Part shown: positions 1-13,090 of the stretch, piece after piece
Position numbering within the stretch: the first letter of the stretch is position 1
Layout: each line of letters starts with the position of its first letter
Notes under the pieces: generated by a model
Told to the model about the DNA's origin: nothing
Seen by the model: the letters and a program-made list of their open reading frames with translations, nothing else
Databases searched by the model: none
Assembly (NCBI RefSeq): GCF_964194155.1
Contig: NC_135890.1
Location: 91,574,001 to 91,638,000 of the forward strand
Reading direction: 5' to 3'
DNA: 64,000 nt
From: Cetorhinus maximus
Taxonomy: Eukaryota
Translations under genes and position numbers: made by a program

Positions 1-2245
1 CACCCCTCCCTCTGGCCTCTTACCTGCTCTTGATCTTTTCATTGAGAACTGTCGCGTGACATCGGCCATCTTAATTTCTCTGCTCCTCTCCCATTCCAAC
101 CTGTCACCTTCTGAACTTTCTGCACTCCGTTCCCTCAGGTCAAACCCTGACTTTGCTATCAAACCTGCTGACAAGGGTGGCGCTGTTGTTGTCTGGCGTA
201 CAGACTTCTACCTTGCAGAAGCTGAGCGCCTACTCACATTTCTTCCTACCTCCCCTTCGACCATGACCTCACCACCGAACATCAAGCCATTGTTTCCAGG
301 ACTGTCACTGACTTCATCTCCTCTGGAGATCTTCCCTCCACAGCTTCCAACCTCAGTGACCCAAACCTGCACAGCCCGCTTCTACCTCCTTCCCAAAATC
401 CACAAACAGCACTGTCCTGTTAGACCCATCGTGTCAACCTGTTCTTGCCCCATGGAACTCATTTCTTCCTATCTTGACTCCATTCTCTCTCCCCTTGTCC
501 AGTCTCTTCCCACCAACATTCATGATTCCTCTGATGCCCTAGGTCCTAACAAACAATTTCCAGTTTCCTGGCCTTAACCACCGCCTCTTCACCATGGATG
601 TCCAATCCCTCTACACCTCCAATCCCCATCAGGATGGTCTGAGGGCTTTCCACATATTCCTTGAAGAGAGGCCCGAACAATCCCCATCCACCACTCCTCT
701 GCCTGGCTGAATTTGTTCTCCTTTAATTTGTCTCACTTCCTCCAAATAAAACGTGTGGCTGTGGGAACCTGCATGGGCCCCAATTATGCCTGTCTTTTAG
801 TGGGGTATGTGGAACATTCCTTGTTCCAGTCATACTCAGGTCCTCTCCCACAACTTGGTACATTAATGTCTGTATCGGTACTGCTTCATGGTCTTGTCTG
901 GACCTGGAAAACTTATCGATTCTGCTTCTAATTTCCACCCCTCTCTCTCCTTCACATGGACCATTTCTGACACTTCCCTTCCCTTACCTCTGTCTCCATT
1001 TCTGATACTGTCCACCAATATTCATTACAAGCCACAGCTATCTCGACTACAGGTCCTCATACTCTGCTTCCTGTAACCACTCCATCCAGTTCTCTTAGTT
1101 CTTCCACCTCCATTGTGTCTGTTCTGATGATGCTCCCCTCCAAAACAGCACTTCTGACATGTCTTCCTTTTTCATTAACCGAGGTTTCTTTCCTACTGTA
1201 GCTGACAGGGCCTTCAGTTGTGTCTAGCCCATCTCCTGCACCTCCACCCTCCCCACTTCCCCTCCCTCCCAGAACCATGATAGGGTCCCCATTGTCCTCA
1301 CTTTTCACCCCACTAGCCTCTGCATTCAAAGAATCATCCTCCAACTCCAGCATGATGCCACCACCAAACACATCTTCACCTCACCTCCCCTGTCAGCAGT
1401 CCATAGGAATTGTTCTCTCCGTGACATCCTGGTCCACTCCTCCATCACCCCCAACTCCTCATCCCCCTTCCCACGCAATTGCAGAAGGTGCAACACCTGC
1501 CCCTTTACCTCCTCCCTCCTTACTGGCCTAAGGCCCCAAATACTCTTTTCAGGTGAAGCAGCACTTCATTAGCACCTCCTTCCATTTGGTCTAGTGCATT
1601 CGCTGCTCCCAATGCGGTCGTCTCTATATTGGGTAGATTAAACACAGACTGGGTGACTGTTTTGCAGAACACCTTCAGTCATGACCTACCTATCGCTTGC
1701 CATTTTAACACATCATCCTGCTCTCATGCCCACATGGCTCTCCTTGACCTGCTGCAACGTTCCAATGAAGCCCAATGCAAGCTGGAGGAACAGCACCTCA
1801 TCTTCCGATTAGAGTACCTTACAGCCTTCTGGACTTGACATTGAGTTCAACGAATTCAGACCATGAACTCTCTCCCCACTCCTGACTTTTTCTTTAATCC
1901 AATTTTTATTTATTTAAATAAAAATATATTAAAAAACGAAATGATTTGTTCATTCTTTCAATCTTCTTTAATACAGCACCCCACCCCACCAAACACACAG
2001 GGCCATCTGTCACTTGTTTTTATGTTTTCTTTTCACTAGTACTGTCCTTGTTCTGCTGTTAACACCTTCTGCCATCTTACCTTTATGACACACTCAGCAC
2101 CTTCACCCTTCACCACTCCCATTAACCCTCCCTTTGCTTTGGGTCCGTGACATCTTTGTCAATCACAGTATAATATCCATCACATTTCTACTTCTATTTA
2201 GCGCTCTCCGTAGATGCTGTTGACCGGCTGAGTTTTATTTCTGAT
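1..2245 (+). mobile_element. Degenerate Penelope-like retroelement (RT + GIY-YIG), truncated by window start
   Basis: Frameshifted ORFs carry PLE RT motifs IKPADKGGAVVV, ARFYLLPKIHK, RPIVS, MDVQSLYT and GTCMGPNYACL. A GIY-YIG remnant (LV*CIRCSQCGRLYIG) lies at ~1585-1635, followed by a pLTR-like tail. Paralogous to the 44390-49570 element. Confidence 0.9.
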
Positions 2246-2344
2246 GGTACCTGTGGTGAGTGGCCCTTGGATAGTTCTTATCAATAAGGATTTTTCTCAA
2301 GTTTCCGCCGGGCACCAGATCCATTGTTGATGAACCGGCGACAG

Positions 2345-2520
2345 CTTGGGGCATGCGCAGTAACCAATAACAACACGTTGCATGGTAGTGATTGGCTAAG
2401 TGATGCCTACGTTATTGTCCCTGGTTGGCTGAAAACATGATCGCAATTTATGTTACCCAATGAGCGGTTAGGAAAGGCCGCCTCTGCCTCCGGCGGACCA
2501 ATCAACTGTCGGGGCGGGTC
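2345..2520 (+). promoter_or_regulatory. FICD CpG-rich proximal promoter
   Basis: NRF1-like GCATGCGCA (~2351), CCAAT/ATTGG boxes (~2364, ~2390, ~2458, ~2498) and GC box GGGGCGGG (~2510), directly upstream of the FICD ATG. Confidence 0.6.
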
Positions 2521-2573
2521 CGGGAGCTGGTGGGGACTTGGGGGCCGACGGCGGTGCCCCTGCAGCGCTCGCT

Positions 2574-2799
2574 ATGGGCCTGAGCGGCAGGCGGGTGTCT
2601 GTGGCGGCGGCGGCGGCTGTGCTGCTCGGCTCGCTGACCGCGGTGCTTTTGCCGCAGCTCAGGGGCGGCTTGTGGTCGCTGCGATGCCGCCTCTTAGAGG
2701 TGAGCCTGGAGGAAGATCCGATCACCGGGCTCAGCCTGACCTACAGCGGAGTGGAGCTGAGCCAGCTGGAGGAGGCCTGGTCCCTCAGGCAGGAAGCAG
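2574..2799 (+). CDS. FICD: FICD coding exon 1 (short cytosolic tail + type II TM helix)
   Basis: MGLSGRRVSVAAAAAVLLGSLTAVLL...RQEA-G. Ends GCAG|g at the N-gap in phase 1, which matches the phase-1 acceptor at 9560. The T of the donor GT is hidden in the gap. Confidence 0.75.
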
Positions 2800-2800
2800 G

Positions 2801-3076
2801 NNNNNNNNNNNNNNNNNNNNNNNNNNNNNNNNNNNNNNNNNNNNNNNNNNNNNNNNNNNNNNNNNNNNNNNNNNNNNNNNNNNNNNNNNNNNNNNNNNNN
2901 NNNNNNNNNNNNNNNNNNNNNNNNNNNNNNNNNNNNNNNNNNNNNNNNNNNNNNNNNNNNNNNNNNNNNNNNNNNNNNNNNNNNNNNNNNNNNNNNNNNN
3001 NNNNNNNNNNNNNNNNNNNNNNNNNNNNNNNNNNNNNNNNNNNNNNNNNNNNNNNNNNNNNNNNNNNNNNNNNNNN
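2801..3076. other. Assembly gap (276 N)
   Basis: Run of N. Confidence 1.
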
Positions 3077-3615
3077 GGGGGATATGGGGGGGGGGGGATG
3101 GGGGAGGGGGATGGGGGAGGGGGGGGGATGGAGGGGGGGAGGGGGGGGGGATGGAGGAGGGGATGGGGAGGGGGGGGGGATGGAGGGGGGGGATGGAGGG
3201 GGGGAGGGGGGGGGGATGGAGGAGGGGATGGGGAGGGGGGGGGATGGAGGGAGGGGGGAGGGGGGGGGATGGAGGGAGGGGGGAGGGGGGGGATGGAGGG
3301 AGGGGGGGGGGGATGGAGGGGGGGAGGGGGGGGGGATGGAGGGAGGGGGGGGGGGGGATGGAGGGAGGGGGGGGGGGATGGAGGGAGGGGGGGGGGGATG
3401 GAGGGGGGGAGGGGGGATGGAGGGAGGGGGGGGGGGGATGGAGGGAGGGGGGGGGGGATGGAGGGGGGGAGGGGGGGGGGATGGAGGGGGGGAGGGGGGG
3501 GGGATGGAGGAGGGGGGGGGATGGAGGAGGAGGGGGGGGAGGGGAGGAGGAGGGGGTGGGGTGGGGGGGTGGGGGGAGGGGGGGTGGGGGGGAGGGGGGG
3601 TGGGGGGGAGGGGGC
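3077..3615 (+). repeat. G-rich low-complexity minisatellite, approx. (G7-10 ATGGAGG)n
   Basis: Almost pure G/A with recurring GGGGGGGATGGAGG. The Gly- and Pro-rich ORFs over it are artefacts. Confidence 0.95.
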
Positions 3616-3949
3616 GGAACCGGCCTGTGGAGCCGGTCACCGGCCCGTGGATGTGCTGGGAGTGAGGGAGGGGTCACTGGAGAGGTGGCTGGAATGGCTG
3701 CTTTCTTCCTTCTCTGTCCCGGTTACCGGACACGGGGATCCCCCGTTTGGACCTGTTTGCCGCCTGGTAAAACTGGGAAATTGTCGCAGCCTCCCCGAGG
3801 TTGCTGCTGCTCCCGATCACCAACTCACTCTGACACCCATAAGAATCTAAGGGTCGTAGGGTTACCGTTTTGGGGCGCTGAGTGTTGAACTCCCTCAGCA
3901 ACTCGTTGCTCCTTAAGAGCCCTTTAACTTCCACATTTATCACATTCAA

Positions 3950-4450
3950 AAGCAGCAACTTGCATTTACGAAGCGCCCTTGATGCAGCAAACCATCACAG
4001 CAGTACAGACAAAAACTGACACTGAGCCAAAAGGCGACCAAAAATTTGGTCGGAGAGGTTTTTAAGGAGAGACTTAAAATGATGAACAGGACGGAGAGTT
4101 TTAGGGGTGGAATTCCAGAGCTTAAGAATTTCTTGGCAGCTCAGCTGCCAGTGGTGGGGTGATGGAGGTTGGGGATGCACAGGCCAGAATTAGAAGAATG
4201 TAGCATTATTCTTTAAGGGTTATGGGGCTGGAGGAGGTGACAGAGATGGGGAATTAATGGTATTGTCGCTGAAGGATTTGAACACAAGGAAAGGGGAATT
4301 TTAACATTGAGGGACCGATAACCAGGGCGTATGGCACTTGGTGCAAGTTAAGATGCAGGCAGCAGAGTTTGAGTTAAGTGTGAGTTTAAGATGGGAGGCT
4401 GGCCAGGTAGCCATTGGAAGAGTCAAATCTGGAGCAGTTTTCCCTTTAAG
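3950..4450 (-). mobile_element. L2-type LINE 3' fragment
   Basis: Minus strand ends AAGGGCGCTTCGTAAATGCAAGTTG (L2-type tail). The peptide NSAACILTCTK resembles the L2 ORF2 C-terminus. Confidence 0.6.
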
Positions 4451-5454
4451 AAGCTGTGCAGTCACCTGAAAGTTGCCAAACACAAATCAGCCCTTTAACT
4501 TACTGCACAAAACAATTTAGAAGGCCCACATGCTTAACAAATTATCCTCAAACCACAAAAATAAATGAAAGGGTTTTGTTGATCTGGAGGTAATATGGAT
4601 TATGCTTTCAGGGCTGAGGCAGGGCAGAGATGTGTGGTGTTACAGAGCTTTAATCATCCAGTTGTGAACTATTCCAGATGGCTGCAGCCTGTCTAACCTG
4701 CTAAAATTTTTATAGACTTATCCTAAAGTCGTTTTTCATTTGGGATATACTAATGATTGAGTGAGTTGATAAGCAACACACTGCAAATTATCTGATAAGC
4801 TATATGACTATAGCAGATTGAATTTATGATATTTTAAAAATTAGTGGAAGTGCTTTTTTTTGAATTTGTTGTTTACCCCTACTATTAAAAAGTTCAGAGC
4901 AAGAGATCGTCTTGGCACCCCGTCTGCAGTCGGGGAACTGTTCATTTTTCGGAGGATTCAGTTATTAGTTAATAAGTGTGAATGAGTGGAATTTGAGAAC
5001 ATAATTTGCCTTTGGTCTGTGAGAATTTAGTGCCCTTTAAATGAAAGTAGTTGCAGTATCACATTCAACCTAACTGCTGCTGTGATTCAGTCAGATGAAA
5101 TGGCCACTGGGATGGTGAGCCTGTCGCAAACATCTATAAACTGCCAGTGATCATGCTGAATGCTGCCAGAACATGGTTCTTTGTTCCATGTGCTTGTCTT
5201 TGCAGATACCTAAGAAATGGTTATAAACTCATTTGAAAATTTTAAAATTGCAACATTTAGCGAATAAATTTTTAACCCTTTCCTAACTGCTGTAATTTGT
5301 CCGTTTTAATTGCCTTTGCCTGGTTCTGTGCTGTACCATACAGTATGTATGCACTAAGCCATCAGAACAAGTCCCCAAATTTTGCTTTCTGTTGTTTTGC
5401 CAGTCTTGAATATCCACTGGGCGGATGATTTGATCCTGATTTCTACAACCATGT

Positions 5455-5607
5455 ACTTGTCTTGTGAAGAAAGGTTAGACAGGTTAGGCTTGTATCTGCT
5501 GGAGCTTAGAAAAGTAAGAGGCAACTCGATTGAAACATAAGATCCTGGGAGTTTTGACAAGGTGGATCTGAAGAGAACGTTTCCTCTTGTGGGAGAATCT
5601 AGAGCTA
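5455..5607 (+). mobile_element. Older CR1 3' fragment (host), continues at ~9120-9372
   Basis: Encodes EERLDRLGLYLLELRKVRGN (CR1 ORF2 C-terminus). The rest of the 3' end and tail resume after the nested insertion. Confidence 0.75.
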
Positions 5608-8600
5608 GGAACATAGGAGCAGGAGTAGCTATTCAGCCCGTTGAGACTGCTCCTCCATTCAATATGATCATGGCTGATCATCCGCTTCAATGCCTTTTTC
5701 CCACACTATCCCCATATCCCTTTATGTCATTGGTATTTATAAATCCGTCAATCTCTGCTTTAAACAAACTCAATGACTGAGCTTCCACAGCCCTCGGGCA
5801 GAGAATTCTAAAGATTCACAATCCTCTGAGTAAAAAATAAATTCCCCATCTCTGTCCTAAGTGGAGCTTAGAAGAGTAAGAGGCAACTTGATTGAAACAT
5901 AAGATCCTGGGGGTTTTGACAAGGTGGATGTGAAGAGAACGTTTCCTCTTGTGGGAGAATCTAGAGCTATTTTGAAATTGGGTCCCCTGGTTCTCGACTC
6001 TACCCTGTCTACCCTTTAAGTATTTTGTAGGTTTCAGTGAGATCACCTCTCATTCTTCGAAACTCTAGAGAATGCAGGCCCAGTTTCTCCAATGTCTCTT
6101 CAGAGGACAGTCCCGCCATCCCCGGAACAAGCCTGGTGAACCTTTGTTACACTCCCTCTATGGCAATAATATCCTTTCTAAGGTAAGGGAACCAAAACTG
6201 CACACAGTATTCCAGGTGCAGTCTAACCAAGGTTCTATACAATTGAAGCAAGACTTTGCTACTCCTGTACTCAAATCCTCTTGCAATAAAGGTTAACATA
6301 CCATTAGCCTTCCTAATTGCTTGCTGCACCTGTATGTTAGCTTTCAGTGACATATTGACAAGGACACTCGGGTCCCTTTGTACACTTACACTTTCTAATC
6401 TCTTACCATTTAAGAAATACTCTGCACATCCATTTTTCCTACCAATGTGGATAACCTCATATTTTTCCACATTATATTCCATCTGCCATGTTCTTGTCCA
6501 CTCCCTAAGTCTGTCCAAATCCTCTTGTAGCTGCTTTGCATCTTCCTCACAACACACATTCCCGCCTAGCTTTGAATCATCCACAGACTTGGAAATATTA
6601 CATTTGGTCCTCACACCCAAATCATTGATATATATTGTGATCAGCTGGGGCCCAAGCACTGATCCTTATGGTACTCCACTTGTCACAGCCTGTCAGCGCA
6701 AGAATGACCTGTTTATTCATACTCTGTTGTCTGCCTGTTAGCCAATCCTTAATCCATGCCAGTATATTACCTCCTTTCCCATGTGCTTTAATTTTGCTAA
6801 CCAGCCTCCTGTGGGGGACTTTATTAAAAGCCTTCTGAAAATCCAAGTATACGATGTCCACTGACTCCCCTTTATCAATTCTGTTATTAACATCCTCAAA
6901 GAACTCCAACAGGTTCGTCAAACATGATTTCCCATTCATAAATCCATGTTGACTATGCCCACTCAGATCATTATTATCCAAGTGTCCATTTATCACTTCC
7001 TTTATAATAGATACCATTTTCCCTACTACTGATGTAAGACTAACAGGTCTGTCATTCCCTGTTTTCTCTCTCCCTCCCTTCTTAAATAGTGGGGTGACAT
7101 TTACAACCTTCCAATCTATAAGAACCATTCCAGAATCTATAAAATTTTGGAAGATGATCACCAATGCATCCACTATCTTTATCGCTACCTCTTTTAACAC
7201 TCTGGGATGTAGACAATCAGATCCCAGGGACTTATCAATCTTCAATCTCATTAATTCTTCCAATACAACCTTCTCACTGATACTAATTTCCTTCAATTCC
7301 TCATTCTCCCTAGTCCCTTGGATCGCTAATTCTGGGGGATTTCCTGTCCCTTCCTTAGTGAAGACAGACACAAAGTAATCATTTAGCTTCCCTCCCATTT
7401 CTCTATTCCCGTTATAAATTCCATTGATTCTGCCTGTAATGGACCCAAATTTGTCTTAGCCAAATGTTTCCTTTTTACATACCTATAGAAGCTTTTACAG
7501 TCCATTTTTGTTTTTTGCTAGGTTATATTCATATCCTATTCTCACTTTATCAGTTTCTTGGTCCTCCTTTGCTGTATTCAAAAATGCTCCCAACCCTCAG
7601 GTTTATTACTATTACTGGCAACTTTAAAGGCCTTTTCTTTTCATCTTATTCAATCCTTAACTTCCTTTGTTATCCATGGTTGACTGACTTTTTGAGTTTT
7701 TGTGCCTTGAAGGAATGTATAGTTGCTGTAAACTATGTAATAATTATTCAAAGACTATCCATTGCCTATGTACCATCATACCTTTTAATGTATCTTCCCA
7801 ATCTATCTAGGCCAATTTGCCCTTGTACATTCATAATTTCCTTTGTTCAAATTTAACACTCGGGCTTCAGACTGAACTATCTCACTTTCAAACGATGTAA
7901 TATTCTATCATTATGATCACTCATCCCTAAAAGTTCTTTTACAATGAGATTATTAATTAACCCTTTTTCATTACATAATACTAGATCAAAAATAGCCTAT
8001 TTTCTAGTCCGTTCCTCAACATACTGCTCTAGAAAACCACCCCGAACACGTTCCCGAAACTCATCCTTCACAGCATTAGGGCTCATTAGGTTTACCCAGA
8101 CTATGTGCAGATTGAAGTCACCCATAAGTACTGTTACCCATGCTGCATGCTTCTCTAATCTCCTGATTAACACCATGTTTCACCCTGCCACTGCTATTTC
8201 GTTGCCTAAAAATAACTCCTACCAATGTTTGCTGCCCTTTGCTGTTTCTTAGCTCCACCCAGATTCCACATTTTGTTATTCCGATCTGAGATGCTCCCTT
8301 ACTAATGTACTGATCCCATCCCTTATTATCAGCGCAACACCACCACTTTTTCATTTTGCCTGTCTTTCATAAATGTCAAATGCCCTTGAATATTCAGTTC
8401 CCAGTCTTGGTCACCCTATGGCCACGTTTCCATAATGACAATTGGATCATGCCCATTTACCTCTATTTGTGCTTTTAAATCATCTACCTTGTTGCGAATG
8501 CCGTGTGCATTCAGGTAGAGTGCCCGTAACTTTGTCTTTTTGACATTATTCTGCATCCTAAATTTAGTTGTTGGTTGCCCTTGTTTCACCTGTCTTCCAT

Positions 8601-9110
8601 TTTCACTTGCTACTTTCCACTTCGCATTACCAGCTTTACTTCCTTCTAACTTGAGCTACCCCTTAGGTTCCCACCCCCATGACAAGCTAGTTTCAACCAT
8701 CCCCAACAGCACCAGCAAATCTTCTTGTGAGGATATTAGGCCCAGTCCTGTTAAGGTGTAATCTGTCCATCTTGTACAGGTCCCACCTACCGCAGAAATC
8801 TGATACCCTCTCTCCTACACCAATTCTCTAGCCACCTATTCAATTGATCAATCCTCCTATTCCTGTGCTCACCAGCATGTGACACTGGGAGTAATCCTGA
8901 GATTACTGCTCTTGAGGTCCTGCTTTTTAATTTCCTTCCTAACTCCCTAAAGTCTGCTTTCAGAACCTCTTCCTACCTAATGTCGTTGGCACAAATGTGG
9001 ACCATACCTCTGGCTGTTCACCCTCCCCCGTAAGGATGTCCTGCAACCACTCCGTTACATCCATGACCCTGGCACCAGGAAGGTAACACACCATCCTGAA
9101 GTCACATTTG
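5608..9110 (-). mobile_element. CR1 LINE, ~3.5 kb (ORF1 esterase end + ORF2 APE/RT), nested in an older CR1
   Basis: RT motifs QHGFMNGKSCLTNLLEFFE, YLDFQKAF and LGPQLITIYINDL. APE segment IWVELRNSKG. ORF1 SGNH-like RMVCYLPGARV near 9070-9100. CR1 3' tail at ~5610-5660. Confidence 0.92.
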
Positions 9111-9559
9111 GTCAGTATCTTATGGGAGAGCTGTTATTTTTAAACAGACATGAGGAGAAATTCTTCCTCTGAGGGTCGCGAGTCTTTGGAACTCTTCCTT
9201 AAAAAGCAGCAGAAATAGAGCCTTTGAATATTTTTAAGGCAGAGGTAGATAGATTCTTGATAAGCAAGGGGCTTACCTGGAGTTGAGGTTACAATCCAAT
9301 CAGCATCGATCCTATTGAATGGTGGAGAAGGCTTGATGGGCCAAGTGGCGTACTCCTACTTCATATGTTTGTAAAAGTCCACATTGCTGTCTGCAGGGCT
9401 TGACGTAATGGGTGACAATTAGCTGAGGATCTGATTCGAACGTGGTTAATATGTTCCTGGGAAGTAATTATATTACAAAATGTCCACAAATCTGGCTCAG
9501 TTCCACATTACATTGTACATTTGGCTCCATCTAAATTAGAAACTGATTTTTAATTTCAG

Positions 9560-10641
9560 AAATCAAGTTAGAAGCTAAAGCTGCTCTGCACCAGGCTCTG
9601 GAGATGAAGCGTCTTGGGAAGCGAGAGAAGGCATACAGATTATTCGTGCATGCTCTCAACATGGACCCCAATTATGTAGATGCTTTGAATGAATTAGGTG
9701 TCTTCATGGAAGAGGAGAAGGATGTTATTCAGGCTGACCATTTATATACAAAAGCTCTGACTATTTCTCCATGTGACGAGAAGGCACTGGTCAACCGTGA
9801 CAGGACATTACCGTTGGTGGAAGAAATTGACCAAAAACAATTTAGTATTATTGACCGAAAAGTTAAAAAACTGATGGCTATACCCAAAGGGAATGCAGCA
9901 CTGCACCGTGTGATGGAAGAAAGTTATTACCATCATATTTATCACACTGTGGCTATTGAAGGGAATACATTGACCCTGTCTGAGATCAGGCACATCATAG
10001 AAACTAGGTATGCCGTGCCTGGGAAAAGCCTCATGGAACAGAATGAAGTTATAGGGGTTGATGCAGCCATTAAGTATCTCAACAAGTCTTTAGTATCCAG
10101 AATTGGATCAGTTAATATTGATGATATTTTGGAGATTCACAAAAGAGTTTTGGGATACGTTGACCCTGTAGAAGCTGGAAGATTTCGGACTAATCAAGTC
10201 TTTGTGGGTCACCACATCCCTCCCCATCCACGGGATGTAAAGAAACAAATGCAGGAGTTGGTCCAGTGGTTAAATTCTGAAGAAGCCATGAGTCTACACC
10301 CTGTTGAATTTGCTGCCCTTGCACATTATAAACTCGTCTATATCCATCCCTTTGTAGATGGGAATGGAAGGACAGCCCGATTACTTATGAATCTTATTCT
10401 AATGCAGGCAGGTTACCCACCTGTCACCATCCGCAAGGAGCAACGGGCTGAGTATTATAGTGCATTAGATTTGGCCAACGAAGGAGATGTAAGGCCATTT
10501 ATTCGTTTCATTGGAAAGTGTACAGAAATGACACTTGACTTACTGCTGATTGCAACAGCTGATCATTCTGTTGATAAAGGTTTACCTGAAGCTAATCCAA
10601 ACCACTCCGATTATACGCAAACAATTCTAATTAAAAACTAA
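9560..10641 (+). CDS. FICD: FICD coding exon 2: TPR repeats + Fic domain (BiP AMPylase/deAMPylase)
   Basis: Acceptor tttcag|AA ATC AAG TTA GAA GCT. Inhibitory helix TVAIEGN, Fic motif [12 protein letters not shown] and N-glycosylation sequon NKS. Stop TAA ends at 10641. Confidence 0.97.
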
Positions 10642-11841
10642 CTTGTCTCATTGTTCCACATCCTTATTTATAGACTCCGGTTGAGTTGGTGTGAACATCA
10701 CCATTCTAAACTTTAAATTCCTTTCGTTCCGAAATTTGCCAACTTCTTTACTGAAGGGTTGTTCACATGTTCATGTTAGGCTTTTGCTTGGCTTTATCAG
10801 AAGATCCTGAACCAGCTGTGCATGTTTGTTTCTGCTTTTGGAATACTGGTTACTTACCAGTTCAGATCTGCAGATTAAAGCTGCCAAAAAAAAGCACTGA
10901 GCCCAATATGAAGTATTCTGGGTTTTTTCAAGATGAATTATACAGGGTGTGATTTAAATTGGTCATATTCTGAACTTGGCTGTTACTGCAAATTAACTGG
11001 GACTGCATTTTTTAGGCTGTTCTGTGATCCTCACTGTCTCTCTTACCCCCAGATGTGAGTGTTTGTATTTACAGTGCCAATTTTTTAATGATCTACGTAT
11101 GATTTATTTGAATATAGTGAACATACTGACAGATTGGACTGCATGTACTTTCAACAGCTAATTAAAATGTCATGCCCACAATTTGGAGGGAGGGATGTGA
11201 ATTATCTGCAAGAGGCTGGAGCACTTGTGGGGGGTGGAATAACTAAGGGCTGCAAATTCCAACAGTTGTGCCTGGGCAGCAGATTTCTTTATTCACGTTG
11301 GCTCACGTCTCTCAATACTTACTAGGAGCTCCAGCAGTTTTTTTTAGAAAAGTGAATGAATGTTTAATGTCTCATGGTATTTTTGGCACATCTAATAGAT
11401 TTTCACCCAGAGCTTTTCCCACTAGCTTTGTACTTGCTAAAACTGCAGCATGTAATGAAGCTGTGGTGGATGTTCTGATACTTTTAAGTAATCTCTCCAT
11501 TCTTTATTTAAACCAAACAGTACTAATTATAGATTACTAAGCACAGTTCTAGAATGCCAAAAGATTATTAGTACACATTGTTGAATTTTATCCAACGCCG
11601 GGATTCTTGGAGTGTTGGTTGAAGACAATTATGCTAATAAAAGAACTGAGAGAGACCCACATTATTCCTTCAAATCATCAGTTGCTGTGGCTACAGGAGA
11701 AACTATTTGTTTCACCGTTTCTAGTCTTTTAATTAAAATCTTGCACTTGAGAAATCAAAAGGATCAGTGTGAACAAACTTCAGTGGACAATACACCAATT
11801 GGCCAGTGAGATGTTTGTGAATTGAAATTGCACTTTGTATA

Positions 11842-11912
11842 AATAAACCTTATTTAAACAGGTTATTAAAACATAGAATTTTATATATAGTATTTAAGAT
11901 GTAAAAAATAAA
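11842..11912 (+). terminator. Candidate FICD polyadenylation signals
   Basis: AATAAA at 11842-11847 and 11907-11912, ending an AT-rich ~1.2-kb 3' UTR. Confidence 0.55.
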
Positions 11913-12358
11913 ATATTTTGCCATCTATGATAGCCTTGAGATTTATTTTTGCTAAGCAGATATGGAACAAGGGTCAGGGGTGGGAAGCACTTGTCCAAAG
12001 TGTGGTTTTTGACAGAGATTTGATTTTCTAATTGCCAGAAAACAATCCAATTTCAACTTGTATCGCTGCTGCAAACTTAGTGATATTTTCACACACACAC
12101 ACTTGAAACAATGTGCTTTGAGAAATAATGCTTTTGCTTTGTCACCAAAACCATTCAATGCTGTATTGAGAGGGGAGTAATGCTGGAGCCCAATCAACTG
12201 TAACTGTACAGAACCAACACCTGTAAGGTTCCTACTTGTGCAGCTGGGAGACCCTCACTGACTTGAGATTATCTGGAGAAGAGGGGGAAAAATTCCAGCC
12301 TTTGGTCATCTGTCAGGCTGACTAATGGTCAACAATGGCCCAATCTACCATAGCGGGC

Positions 12359-12445
12359 AAGTTCTGATGAAAGGTCCTAGACCTGAAAAGTTAACTGTTT
12401 CTTTCTCCACAATACAGACTGCCTGTTGAGTATTTCCACCTTTGT
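12359..12445 (+). mobile_element. PLE pLTR fragment with degenerate hammerhead motif
   Basis: AGTT CTGATGA AAGGTC CTA GACCT GAAAAGTT AACT, followed by the same tail as the PLE 3' ends at ~35000 and ~49440. Confidence 0.6.
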
Positions 12446-12759
12446 ACTATATCCCTGCCTGGTTCAAGTATCAAGATTACTGAATCTTCCACATTGTGCT
12501 GCTACCTTGGTTTCAAATTTTACCCAATTGTCACCTACAAGCCGAAGACATCATTTTCTTTTTGCTTTCTTTCTCTCTCCCACCCACACCCTGACCAGTC
12601 TAAAGAATATTTTACAAAAGGATGTGGACACAAATAAGTGATGTTAGTATTGGTTGATCCCTTTGTTTTGCCACCCAAAAGTGTAGTGGTGTTGTTTCTT
12701 AGGCTACTACCAGTCCAAGCCCGAGTGCAATGAAGAAGAGAGATCGATCATCTTTCAAG

Positions 12760-13090
12760 GCAGTCCCAAGTGCTTTAGAACCAAATTAATACTTTTGAAG
12801 TATAGTCAATATTGAGAGAAAGGCGGCTTTCAATTTGTACACAACAAAGTCCCACAAACAACAATATAATAATGACTACACAGTTTTGGTGATGTTGGCT
12901 GAAGGATAAATGTTGGTCAGCCACTGCTCTTCAAGTAGTGTAATTTAATATTTTACATCCACGTAAGAGGGCAGATGAAGCCTTGGTTTAACCCCTCATC
13001 TGAAAGGCAGTACTGAGAGTATTAGCCAAGATTTTACACTCAAATCACTGGAGTGAAACTTCAGCCCACAAACTTCTGTCTGACAAAGCT
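12760..13090 (-). mobile_element. Deu-domain tRNA-SINE (AmnSINE/SacSINE-like), old copy
   Basis: Similar to 17051-17466: TTTTACATCCAC...GGTTTAAC...CTCATCTGAAAG core plus tRNA-head remnant. Confidence 0.6.

Noticed and set aside
2360-2430. ERSE/UPRE element in the FICD promoter
   Set aside because: CCAAT and CACG are present, but spacing and sequence do not match CCAAT-N9-CCACG, ATTGG-N-CCACG or TGACGTGG.
2450-3888. Long Gly-rich / Pro-rich ORFs
   Set aside because: Artefacts of the N-gap and G-rich repeat. Only 2574-2799 is supported as coding.
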